64,000 nt of DNA from an uncultured Verrucomicrobiae bacterium. Its GTDB lineage: Bacteria > Verrucomicrobiota > Verrucomicrobiia > Limisphaerales > UBA8199. Of this stretch, positions 1-9,052 are shown in pieces. Position 1 is the first letter of the stretch. The number at the start of each line of letters is the position of its first letter. The notes under the pieces were generated by a model. The model had not been told where the DNA came from, did not search any database, and worked only from the letters and a program-made list of their open reading frames with translations. The stretch spans positions 35,090-99,089 of the forward strand of contig CAVXLO010000049.1 in assembly GCA_963762555.1 (NCBI GenBank). Direction: 5' to 3'. A program made the translations under genes and the position numbers.

Positions 1-2
1 TC

Positions 3-776
3 GCCTACGCGCGGCGGTTGGGCACACAGGAGGTCTTTGTGGTCTTCAACACCGCGAGTTCCAGTCAGACGCTGCCGGGCCGGCCGACGATCTACCCTCC
101 GGGCACTACGCTGGTGAACCTGCTGGACACGAACGAAACCGTGACCGTGGTGTCCGGGCCGCAGACGCCGCCGATTACCGTGCCGGGCACGTCTTCCAAG
201 ATCTTCATCGCCCAGTCGCAGTGGCTGCCGCTCGACCCGGTGGTGACGGGTATCACGCCCGCCCACGATGCCGCTGGGGTCCTGGCGGCGGCCCCCATCG
301 TCATCCAGTTCAGTCAGCCGATGAACACCGGCAGCGTGGTGTCGGCCTTTTCGACGCTGCCCGCCACCAGCGGGAGCTTCTCGTGGTCGCCGACGCATGA
401 CATCCTGACATTCACGCCCAGCACCACGGCATTCCCGACGCAAGCGCTGGTCACGGTCCGTATCACGGCTACGGCGCAAGCGGCGTCCGGCACGGCCTTC
501 CATGCCGCGTTCGAGTCGCGCTTCAAGACGGGGACCTTAGCCGATGTGCCGGCGACCGGCAGATTCACAGGGGTCGCGAAGGTTGGGGACGGGGTCCAGT
601 TGGAGTGGAGCACGCGGGCCGACATGACCTACCAACTCCAGCAGACCGACGCGCTGGACGGCTCGGGTACATGGACTGACCTGGGCACGGCGCTCGCCGG
701 CACGGATGGTGTGGTGACGCAAAGCATAGGCGCTCCGGCGGGAGGGTTTCGGTTCTTCCGGGTGCAGGCGCACTGA
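3..776 (+). CDS. 3' part of a secreted glycoside-hydrolase-like protein: GH13-type C-terminal beta-sandwich, Ig-like Big_5/SbsA-type domain and an FYRV-type C-terminal tail. The 5' end lies outside the window.
   Basis: The frame is open from the window edge (AYARRLGTQEVFVVFNTA...LVNLLD..., typical of amylase-family C-domains). TGITPAHDAAGV..IVIQFSQPM..SFSWSP is an Ig-like segment. The protein ends ...GGFRFFRVQAH with stop at 774-776. Confidence 0.6.
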   Translation, partial: AYARRLGTQEVFVVFNTASSSQTLPGRPTIYPPGTTLVNLLDTNETVTVVSGPQTPPITVPGTSSKIFIAQSQWLPLDPVVTGITPAHDAAGVLAAAPIVIQFSQPMNTGSVVSAFSTLPATSGSFSWSPTHDILTFTPSTTAFPTQALVTVRITATAQAASGTAFHAAFESRFKTGTLADVPATGRFTGVAKVGDGVQLEWSTRADMTYQLQQTDALDGSGTWTDLGTALAGTDGVVTQSIGAPAGGFRFFRVQAH

Positions 777-999
777 CGGCCCCGCAGCCTCGGAGCGCAG
801 CCTTCAGGCTGCAGAAGCGTTCGAGGCGGCACAGGCTTCTGGTTTATGGGCCGTGCCGTTCCGCGGGGGAGGGTTCTGCAGCCTGAAGGCTGCGCTCCGG
901 GGTGGCGGGGGGCGGCGGCCAATTGCGGTCAGCACGCTGCAACGGGAAACAAGGATTGAATCCGGGGCCAACTGGCACACATACTGGGGAAAACGAGTT

Positions 1000-1507
1000 A
1001 TGAACCTGGATGACGCACAACGGCAGAAAGTGGCGGAATGGATCGGGCAGGGGCTGAAGCTTTCGGACATTCAGACCCGGCTGGCCTCCGAACTGGGCAT
1101 TCGTCATGACCTACATGGACGTTCGGCTGTTGGTGGATGACCTGAAGCTGACGCCGAAAGACGTCGAGCCGCCCGCGCCCGCCCCGTCGGTGCTTTCAGG
1201 CCCCGCCGCGCCGCCATCTCCAGGAATGCGATCACCCGGAGGGCAGCCGGGCGCTCCCGCGCCACAACCAGCGCCGCCAGCCGGCAAACCTGGCAAGGTA
1301 TCGGTCACCGTGGACCAACTGGCGCGGCCCGGCGCCGTGGTGAGCGGCCAAGTCACTTTCAGCGACGGCAACACCGCCATGTGGCAACTTGATAATCTGG
1401 GCCAGCTTGGCCTCGCGGCGCGAACGCCCGGCTACCGACCGCCGGCTGCCGACGTGGAACAGTTCCAAATGGCGCTTGAAACCGAGCTGAGGAAGATGGG
1501 GATGTAG
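1000..1507 (+). CDS. Small conserved hypothetical protein (helical N-terminus, Pro/Ala-rich linker, C-terminal domain), apparently split by a 1-nt frameshift near 1103-1106
   Basis: ATG at 1000 follows GGGGA. MNLDDAQRQKVAEWIGQGLKLSDIQTRLASELGIR then terminates after 11 nonsense-looking codons. The +1 frame continues seamlessly with MTYMDVRLLVDDLKLTPKD... (ORF 1106-1507). Confidence 0.5.
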
Positions 1508-1681
1508 CGGGTTGAGGGGGGGAATGGATTACATGAGTTTCATGGGTGCATGGTTACATCGGTGCCAGCCGCGGCGGAGTGGGGCGCTCATGTAACGGAT
1601 GTAACGATGTAATCTTGTCACCACCCACATTGCTGGTAGGCGGACGCAGGCAAGGGGTATCCGGCGCCGCGGGGGAGGGCG

Positions 1682-2302
1682 CTACTGTAAGGCCCTGCTG
1701 TCGGTAATCTGCACACCGGCCTTTTCCATTTCGGCGATGGCGGCGGCGACATCCCCCGGGTTGAGATTCACACCGCGACAACCGTCGCGTATCACATGGA
1801 CGCGGAAGCCGAGCGCCACGCCGTCCAGCGCGGTGAACTTGACGCAGTAGTCGGTGGTCAGGCCGGCAATGAACACGTCCGTCACGTTCCGTGCTTTCAG
1901 GAAATCGCGCAGGCCGGTGACCTTGCGGTGGCCGTTGTCGAAGAAGCCGCTGTAGCTGTCAATACCGGCATCGGTTCCCTTTTGGAAAACTTCCGTGACG
2001 CGACTGGTTTGGAGCTCAGGGCCGAATGCCGCGCCCGGCGTGTTCTGCACGCAATGGACCGGCCAGAGGATTTGGCGCAGACCATTCAGCTCAATGATCT
2101 CGCCCGGTCGCTTGCCGGGATGGTTCGCGGCGAAGCTGCCGTGGTCGGCGGGGTGCCAGTCCTGCGTGGCCAGCACGAGCTCGAACTGCGGCTGCAAGCG
2201 GTTGGCGATGGGGATGACTTTGTCGCCTTCCGACACGGCCAAGGCGCCGCCGGGCAGGAAGTCGTTCTGGATGTCCACGAGGAGTAGTGCGTTCGCCGTC
2301 AT
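1682..2302 (-). CDS. pncA: Nicotinamidase/pyrazinamidase (isochorismatase fold)
   Basis: 206 aa and intact. Motifs [25 protein letters not shown] and [12 protein letters not shown] (catalytic Cys context). The start lies 2 nt downstream of the reconstructed pncB stop. Confidence 0.9.
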   Translation of the reverse strand: MTANALLLVDIQNDFLPGGALAVSEGDKVIPIANRLQPQFELVLATQDWHPADHGSFAANHPGKRPGEIIELNGLRQILWPVHCVQNTPGAAFGPELQTSRVTEVFQKGTDAGIDSYSGFFDNGHRKVTGLRDFLKARNVTDVFIAGLTTDYCVKFTALDGVALGFRVHVIRDGCRGVNLNPGDVAAAIAEMEKAGVQITDSRALQ

Positions 2303-2304
2303 GA

Positions 2305-3786
2305 TTAAGCCTCGCCACGCGCCTGAAGGACGAGCCGGGTTTTGAGATCATGCAACCCCGGCTCCAGGCCGACTGGGTATTGATGCGGGTTAATGAAGCG
2401 CTTGATGCCGGGATGCAGCAAGGCCATCTGTTCTTTTGCCCGCTCGCGCACTTTATCCAGCGGCGGGGCGTGATAGACAAGCTGTGCCGCGCCGGAAGAT
2501 GGGCACGAGCAGGTCCTCGCTCCGGGTGCCTCGGCGCGAAGCGCTTGCGGCGCGTCGAGTCCAGTGGATCAACAATCGTGAATGAGGCCGGCACCGGCTG
2601 GCTGAGGTCATAGATTGCGTCACCGATGAATTCGGCGTCCGACCGGAACCGCCGCACCTGCTGGATCCCGGGCGTGGTGATCTTCAACGCCTGTTCGGAG
2701 AGCTTCACCTTGTTCTCCCACGCGCCGCCGGGTTGGCGGATGGCGGAGAGCTTATACACGCCGCCCAGCGCCGGCTGGTCGTAAGCGGTGACCAGCTTGG
2801 TGCCGACGCCCCAGACGTTAATGGTGGCCCCTTGCTGCTTGAGGCTCTGGATGATGTGCTCGTCGAGATCGTTGCTGCCGACGATGACCGCGTTGGGGAA
2901 GCCGGCGTCGTCCAGAATCCTGCGTGCCTGGATGCTCAGGAAGGCGAGGTCGCCTGAATCAAGGCGGATGCCCGCCAGTTCGTGGCCTTGCTGCTGGAGT
3001 TGCCGTCCGACCTGCACGGCGCGCCGGACGCCTTCCAGGGAGTCGTAGGTGTCCACGAGGAAGATGCAGTTATTGGGCAAGGCCTTGGCGTAGGCGGCGA
3101 AGGCCTCTGACTCGTTGTCAAACGCCATGACCCAACTATGCGCATGGGTGCCGCTAACCGGGATGCCGTAGGTCTTGCCGGCCAGCACATTGGAGGTGCC
3201 GGCGCAGCCGCCGATGTAAGCCGCCCGGCTGGCGGTGAGCCCGCCGTCGGTGCCCTGCGCCCGGCGCAGGCCGAACTCGATTACCGGTTCGCCGCGCGCC
3301 GCCAGGCAGACCCGCGCCGCTTTGGTGGCAATGAGCGACTGGAAGTTGAAGAAATTCAATAGCGCCGTCTCCAGGAGTTGGGCTTGAAGAATCGGCCCTT
3401 GGACGCGAAGCAGCGGTTCCTGGGGGAAGACCACCGTGCCTTCCGGGACCGCATCCACATCGCATTCCAGGCGCAGCTTGCCCAGGTGGTCAAGGAACGC
3501 CGGGTCGAACAACGGTTGCCGGTCCCGTCCGGCAACTGTCCCCAGATACGCCAGGTCGGAGTCGTCAAAGCGGAAGGCGCCGAGCCACTCGATGGCCGCC
3601 GCCAGGCCGCAGGCGATGGTGAAGCCGCTCTGAAAAGGCGGCTGTGCGGAAAAACAGGTGGAACACGGCTTCTTTATTGGCGGTGCCTGACTTCCAGTAG
3701 CCGTAAGCCATGGTAAGTTCGTAAAGGTCGGTCAGGAGGGCGAGCGAAGCCGAAGGGGCGCTTGAAGCCGTGGTAAAGGTGCTCAT
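2305..3786 (-). pseudogene. pncB: Nicotinate phosphoribosyltransferase, reading frame broken at least 3 times
   Basis: N-terminus [18 protein letters not shown] (ORF 3565-3786). Core [20 protein letters not shown]...[11 protein letters not shown]...VDTYDS...RLDSGDL in the frame of ORF 2091-3512. C-terminus [11 protein letters not shown], then [58 protein letters not shown]-stop in two further frames (stop at 2305-2307). Breaks are near 3643, about 2520 and about 2483. Confidence 0.85.
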
Positions 3787-3884
3787 CTTCTTGAATCAGT
3801 ATCAAACCGTGCGGCCAAAGCGTCAACAAATGCTGAGGCGCCTTTTGAGTTGGAGCCAGGCGGCTTTGAGGCGAACATCGCCGC

Positions 3885-4655
3885 ATGGACAATCAAAACC
3901 TGATCGAACTCTTGCGCCGGTCGAACCAGATGCTCGTGTTCACCGGAGCGGGCATTTCCACCGGCAGCGGCATTCCGGACTTTCGCGGGCCGGAGGGCGT
4001 GTGGAAGCGGCGCCAGCCGGTCTATTACCACGATTTCATGCGGTCGGAACCAGCGCGGGTCGAGCACTGGGACTATAAGCTCGAGGGCTGGCCGGCGTTC
4101 CGGGCCGCGCGCCCCAACGCGACGCACGAGGCCATCGCGCGGCTCGACCGGGCGGGCAAGGTGGTGGCGGTGGTGACACAGAACATTGACGGCCTGCACG
4201 CGCGGGCCGGAACGCCGGCGGAGCGCCTGGTGGAACTGCACGGCACGAACAGCTTCATCGAGTGCCAGACCTGTGGACGGCGCTCCGACCCGGAGGCGCA
4301 CTTCGAGTATTTCCGCAAGACGCGTCGTCCCCCGGTCTGTGAATGCGGTGGCTATCTCAAGCCGGCCACGATCAGCTTCGGCCAGAACCTGCGCAATGAA
4401 GATTTAGAGCGGGCTGAGGCCGCGGCCAAAGCCGCCGACCTGGTCGTGGCGCTGGGCTCGACGCTGTCCGTCTATCCGGCGGCGAATATCCCCCTGCTGG
4501 CGGCGAACCGCGGCGTGCCTTATGTGATCATCAATCGCGGCCCCACCGAGCACGATGATCTGCCCGAGGTCACGCTGCGACTGGATGGCGACGTGGGAGC
4601 GATCTTCCCGCCCGCGGTCGAAGCAGCGCTGGCACCCGCGTCCTTGTCTTTGTAA
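3885..4655 (+). CDS. cobB: NAD-dependent protein deacylase, SIR2 family
   Basis: FTGAGISTGSGIPDFRG, TQNIDGLH, Zn-ribbon CQTCG...CECGG, VVALGSTLSVYPA. 256 aa, intact, divergent from pncB. Confidence 0.9.
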   Translation: MDNQNLIELLRRSNQMLVFTGAGISTGSGIPDFRGPEGVWKRRQPVYYHDFMRSEPARVEHWDYKLEGWPAFRAARPNATHEAIARLDRAGKVVAVVTQNIDGLHARAGTPAERLVELHGTNSFIECQTCGRRSDPEAHFEYFRKTRRPPVCECGGYLKPATISFGQNLRNEDLERAEAAAKAADLVVALGSTLSVYPAANIPLLAANRGVPYVIINRGPTEHDDLPEVTLRLDGDVGAIFPPAVEAALAPASLSL

Positions 4656-4732
4656 ACCCAGCCAGGCCTCTGCTTTCGCAACCAGCATTGCCGGCGATCC
4701 TCAGCGCCGCCTGGGAGCTTGCGAGCAGAGGA

Positions 4733-6816
4733 TTACTCGCCCGCCTCCGAAACCCATCTCACCAGCTCGTCATCAGGCAAATGGGCGGCGACCACGCGCA
4801 ACTTGTCGCTGGCGCCCAGCCCCCGGTAAGTCGAGCGCACTGCGTAGGTTGGGAAATTCGTGCTGGTATTGTGCAGCAGCAAGGGATGAGGCGCCGCGAG
4901 CATCGCCCCGCCTTCAAACGTGCCGATATTCCGGATGCCCGGGCAAAAGAGGTCCGGCCCGAGCAGATTCTGGTCGCTCGTCGCGTCCAAGGCGGCGCAA
5001 TCCGCGACGACGCCTTCCGCCCCCGGGCGCAGCCAGCAAAGCCCAGAGACCGGCCCGGCCGGTGCCCCACAGGATCACGCTGAAAGAGCGCGGCCCTCGT
5101 GGATCTGCCCCTGAGCTGGCAGCCGTGCAAACCGTCAGCAGATCGCGCACGCGCTGCTGAAGCTTGGTGCGGTTATAGGTTGAATAGAAATTAGCTGAAT
5201 TGGTTGGGCGGCTCACCAGTGCTGAAGTGGTCCACCACCAGCACCGCCAGGCCACGCTGAAGCAGGGCCAGCGCGAGCTCGCCAGGCTTCGTCTCGGCGC
5301 CCGGCGGCGTCCCCGTGGGCTGGTCGCTGCACATGACGACCACCCGGGGCGAGGGGCTGCTCAGGATGCCGAGCGGGGCCCAGTAGCTGGCCAGGATGTC
5401 TGCGTCACCATCTGAGCGGCTGATCTTAAGTGTAGCGGCCGTGAAGCCGCCGGATTCCCTCACCCGCTCCGCCCGGCACCGCACCGGGCTGTCGGGCCAC
5501 TCGACTTGCAGCGTATGGCGCCACGCCGGCTGCATGACCTTCCTGAACGCCCTTAAGCCGCGGTCATTGCGGATCGCGAGCGATTCCCATTGCGCCCGAT
5601 GAATATCCTTGAGCGATTCGATAAAGCGCTCCTCGCTTAAGGCGTCGTCGGGCAGGTTGCCGTCGGGAAACACCCGCAAATCGGCGTCCGGCTCCTTCCG
5701 ATAAGGCGCTTCCTGGAGGGAAGACAGGCTGGGATGCTTCGGCAGCCATTTCCCGAACCACTGATAGACCGCTTCCCGGCTGGTCTGGTTGTAATTGTGG
5801 CCGAAGTCGAAGCGCACAGCGCGGAAATTGTCCGGCGCCCCCAGGAGCTGGTAGATGTGTTCAATGGCCGGTCCTTCGACCGTCGGAGTGTCCTTCGTCC
5901 AGTCGCCGGTAGAGGCAACCAGGATCTGGGGACGCGGCGCGGCGGCAGCGGCGATTTCCATGTTCGAGTATTCAACACGCAGTCCGGGGGCATTTTCGCA
6001 AAGGCACCCGCCCTGCATCGTATGCGAGACCATGACCACCGGCGCCTGCGCGGCCAGCCGATCGTCCACCGCCCCGAGCATGAAAGTCTGCGTGCCGCCG
6101 CCCGACGCTCCCGTGCAGGCCAGCCGCTTCCGGTCCACGTCCGGCAGGGATGCGAGAAAATCCAAAGCCCGGATGCTGTCCCAAGTCTGCAGTCCCATCA
6201 GGTTGACGTTCCAGAGCAGGTTCACCTCATTGGTCGCGAAATGGTGGTGGCGCGCGGAGAACTGGTCTGGCGGCACATCGCCGTAATCCGGAAAGAAGGT
6301 GTCATTGTAGCCCACCATGTCGTAGGAAAAGGCGACCATGCCTTGCCGGGCGAAGCTGATGCAGCGCGCTGCCACGCTGCATTCCTTGGTGTCTGTCAAG
6401 CGGCCCTCCTTCCAATGCCCGTGTGGATTGAGCACGCCCGGGAATGGGCCCCTCCCCTGACCGAGCGGGCGATATAGGTTTCCGGCGAGGTAAAAGCGGG
6501 GGAAAGGCTGAAAATAAACCTTCTCCACGCTGTAGCCTTCGCACTCAGTCTTGCCGAAGATGTGCGCCTCCAGCGGGGTCTTCTCCGGCATCGGCCACAG
6601 GCCGCAACTGACCAATATCTGCTCCCGAATCTCTTTGGCGCGCGCCTGCCATTCTTCCGCGGAGGCTATCTTTGGAAACTCCCGTGGCGTGTTCATGTCC
6701 TTGATCGCCGGCTGATTCGTCGTCGCCTGCGCTTGAGGCGCGGCGCCCAGGCTCGGCTGCCCGAGGCAAACCAGGAACAACAACCCAACCCCTGCAGACG
6801 CGGCAAAGTTCCTCAT
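4733..6816 (-). pseudogene. Secreted alpha/beta-hydrolase (acetylxylan-esterase/dienelactone-hydrolase-like); the C-terminal quarter sits in two other frames
   Basis: Signal peptide MRNFAASAGVGLLFLVCLG...; nucleophile elbow CTGASGGGTQT. The frame ends at ...GEPPNQFS-stop (5191), but NFYSTYNRTKLQQRVRDLLTVCTAA...ILWGTGRAGLWALLAAPG continues after one extra base at about 5193. EGVVADCAALDATSDQNLL...VRWVSEAGE continues after a GGGGG run at about 5020-5025. Confidence 0.75.
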
Positions 6817-6820
6817 AATC

Positions 6821-7774
6821 TTACTGTGGTGAGGACCTCACCGTCTGCCCGTTCGATAGGTAATTCAAATACTCGATGAGCTGCGGCTTCATCTCCTTGC
6901 GCGACACAATGGCGTCAATGAGACCATGGTCGAGCAGGAACTCGGCGGTCTGGAAGCCGGGCGGCAATTCCGCCTGCGTGGTGTCTTTGATCACTCGCGG
7001 GCCGGCGAAGCCGACCATCGCCCCGGGTTCGGCCAGGATCAGGTCGCCCACGCTGGCGTAGCTGGCCATCACTCCCGCCGTGGTCGGGTGCGTCAGCACG
7101 CTGATGTAGGGCAATCGCGCCTGCGCATGATACGCCAGCGCCGCGCAGGTCTTGGCCATCTGCATCAGGCTGAACATGCCTTCATACATGCGCGCCCCGC
7201 CACTGGTGGAAATGATGATCAGCGGCAGCGTCTTCTCCGTGGCCCGCTCAATCAGCCGCGTCAGTTTCTCCCCCACGACCGATCCCATCGAGCCGCCCAG
7301 GAAACTGAAATCCATTACGCCCAGCGCGGTCCGGTGCTCGCCGATCTTGCAGATGCCGGTGAGGACCGCGTCCTTGAGGCCGGTCGTTCGCTGGTAATCC
7401 TCCAGCTTGGAGGTGTAGGAAGCCACCCCGGTGAAACTCAGCACGTCCACGCTCGTCATGTCCGCATCCATCTCCTCGAACGTGCAGGTCTCGACCAGTG
7501 AATGGATGCGCTCGCGCGCGCCGATGGGGAAATGATGCTGGCACTGCGAGCACACCTTTAGATTCTCATCCAGCTCTTTGTCGAACACCATCGTCGAGCA
7601 CTTCGGGCATTTGGTCCAAAGGCCCTCCGGAATGTCTCGCTTCTTGGACTTGCGGGTGGGCAGCTTGGGCTTCTTGGCGAACGTGGTGTTGGCGGCCACG
7701 GGCGGGGGCGTGACCGCCGGTTCAGGCGAGTCCACCCCGAGCGCTTTCTTGGTGAAGGAGTTCGTTGCCATCAT
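6821..7774 (-). CDS. accD: Acetyl-CoA carboxylase carboxyltransferase beta subunit
   Basis: Zn-ribbon CPKC...CSQCQHH, then FSFLGGSMGSVVGEK, STSGGARMYEG and AGPRVI. 317 aa, intact. Confidence 0.92.
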   Translation of the reverse strand: MMATNSFTKKALGVDSPEPAVTPPPVAANTTFAKKPKLPTRKSKKRDIPEGLWTKCPKCSTMVFDKELDENLKVCSQCQHHFPIGARERIHSLVETCTFEEMDADMTSVDVLSFTGVASYTSKLEDYQRTTGLKDAVLTGICKIGEHRTALGVMDFSFLGGSMGSVVGEKLTRLIERATEKTLPLIIISTSGGARMYEGMFSLMQMAKTCAALAYHAQARLPYISVLTHPTTAGVMASYASVGDLILAEPGAMVGFAGPRVIKDTTQAELPPGFQTAEFLLDHGLIDAIVSRKEMKPQLIEYLNYLSNGQTVRSSPQ

Positions 7775-7877
7775 TAAAAGGGCGCGGCCTCACGGGTTGA
7801 GCGTCGTGGCTCGTCCGCCAGCCTCGCGCTTTCCATGTTCACCGCAAATTTCATTCTAGGCTTCAGCCTGATAATAT

Positions 7878-8621
7878 TCAGACTCCGCGGGCGACTGTCC
7901 AGACCCAAACTTCGCCCGCGCCGGCAGCAGCCAGCACTCGGGCGCACGCGCCGGTCGTTGCCCCCGTCGTGAACACGTCGTCCAGCAAGAGGATGCGTTC
8001 GCCGTTCAGCCGCTGGCCATCGCGCATGGCGAAGGCATTGCGAACGTTCGCCAGGCGCTCCTGCCGCGTCAATTGGGTCTGCGTCTGTGTGGGCAGGACG
8101 CGGCGCAGCAGTCGCTTGTTCACGGCCAGGCCTGTCGCGGCCCCCAACCGCCTGGCCAGGCGCTCAGCCTGGTTGAACTCCCGCTCGCGCTGCTTGGTCG
8201 GGTGCAGCGGAACCGGCACAATCATATCCGGTTTCTGCTCGCCCAACACGGGCGCCGCCGCCCGAATGAGCAGATCCGCCAGGAACGGCTCGAACCAGAG
8301 CGCCCGCTGGTATTTGTAACGGTGAATGACCTCCAGCACCGGGTCGCGAGCCACCACCGCCGAGCGGGCCGATTTGAACTCCCACTCCATCTCACGACAC
8401 TTCCCGCACTCAAACCGGGTGGTGATGTCCCCTTCGTAGGGCCGGCCGCACCGCTGGCAGAACGGCTCCTGGATGAACCGTACCGAGGCCCAGCACTCAC
8501 CACAAACATAGCCCTCGGCAGGCGTTGCCCGCGCCGCGCCGCAAATCTGGCACACCTCCGGGTAAACCAACCCCAGCCCGGCATCCAGCCAACTCTTAAC
8601 TGTACCGGTGAAAGCACTCAT
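7878..8621 (-). CDS. comF: ComF-family protein (phosphoribosyltransferase-fold, competence-associated)
   Basis: N-terminal CxxC pairs (CQICG, CGECW, CQRCG, CGKC) and C-terminal PRTase loop ILLLDDVFTTGATTGA. 247 aa. Confidence 0.85.
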   Translation of the reverse strand: MSAFTGTVKSWLDAGLGLVYPEVCQICGAARATPAEGYVCGECWASVRFIQEPFCQRCGRPYEGDITTRFECGKCREMEWEFKSARSAVVARDPVLEVIHRYKYQRALWFEPFLADLLIRAAAPVLGEQKPDMIVPVPLHPTKQREREFNQAERLARRLGAATGLAVNKRLLRRVLPTQTQTQLTRQERLANVRNAFAMRDGQRLNGERILLLDDVFTTGATTGACARVLAAAGAGEVWVWTVARGV

Positions 8622-8934
8622 CAGTCACCGGTGAAGAGGAGGAAAAACGCCCGCGCTGCGCACAACTTCCACATGCACCCGATAGTAGCGCCCGTCAGGC
8701 GGCAGGCCAAGCCGAGTTCAATATTTATTCAAACCCGGCTATAAGTGACATTACGGCAGCGACTTACGAATAAACATTATGCTTAAGTGCCGCGACTATA
8801 GACGGTTGCCCGGTCCGTGCCGGTTCTTCGCTGTTCCCGGTGGAACGGCCATGCTCTCCTTGGCTGCACACTGATGCACGCGCGTCGCCTCCCTCCCCAC
8901 CCCGTCACCGCACCGTCACCTCGCCGTTACCTCA

Positions 8935-8971
8935 CCGTAGTACCTCTAGCCCGGGGCTAGAGGTACTACGG
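8935..8971. repeat. Perfect 18-bp-arm palindrome (CCGTAGTACCTCTAGCCC/GGGCTAGAGGTACTACGG) with CACCG-rich imperfect extensions
   Basis: Verified base by base. It lies 3' of the GH2 gene and upstream of comF, with no flanking T/U tract. Confidence 0.9.
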
Positions 8972-9052
8972 TGTGGTTCCGGTGTGGTTCGCGTGTGGCT
9001 CCGGCGGGGGCCGCCAGACGGTCTGGTGCAGGGATAGACGAATAAGCAGGGT

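Noticed and set aside
2091-3512. The 473-aa ORF that appears to overlap pncA by about 200 nt
   Set aside because: Only residues up to ..[10 protein letters not shown] look like NAPRTase. The remainder is out-of-frame read-through caused by a frameshift. The genuine C-terminus (..[18 protein letters not shown]..) is in another frame and stops at 2305, just before pncA.
8780-8935. Possible small RNA (an SRP-RNA-like GCAGCCAAGG word on the minus strand) in the comF/GH2 spacer
   Set aside because: The surrounding sequence lacks the GGAA tetraloop and helix-8 context of SRP RNA, and I could not fold a convincing conserved structure by eye.
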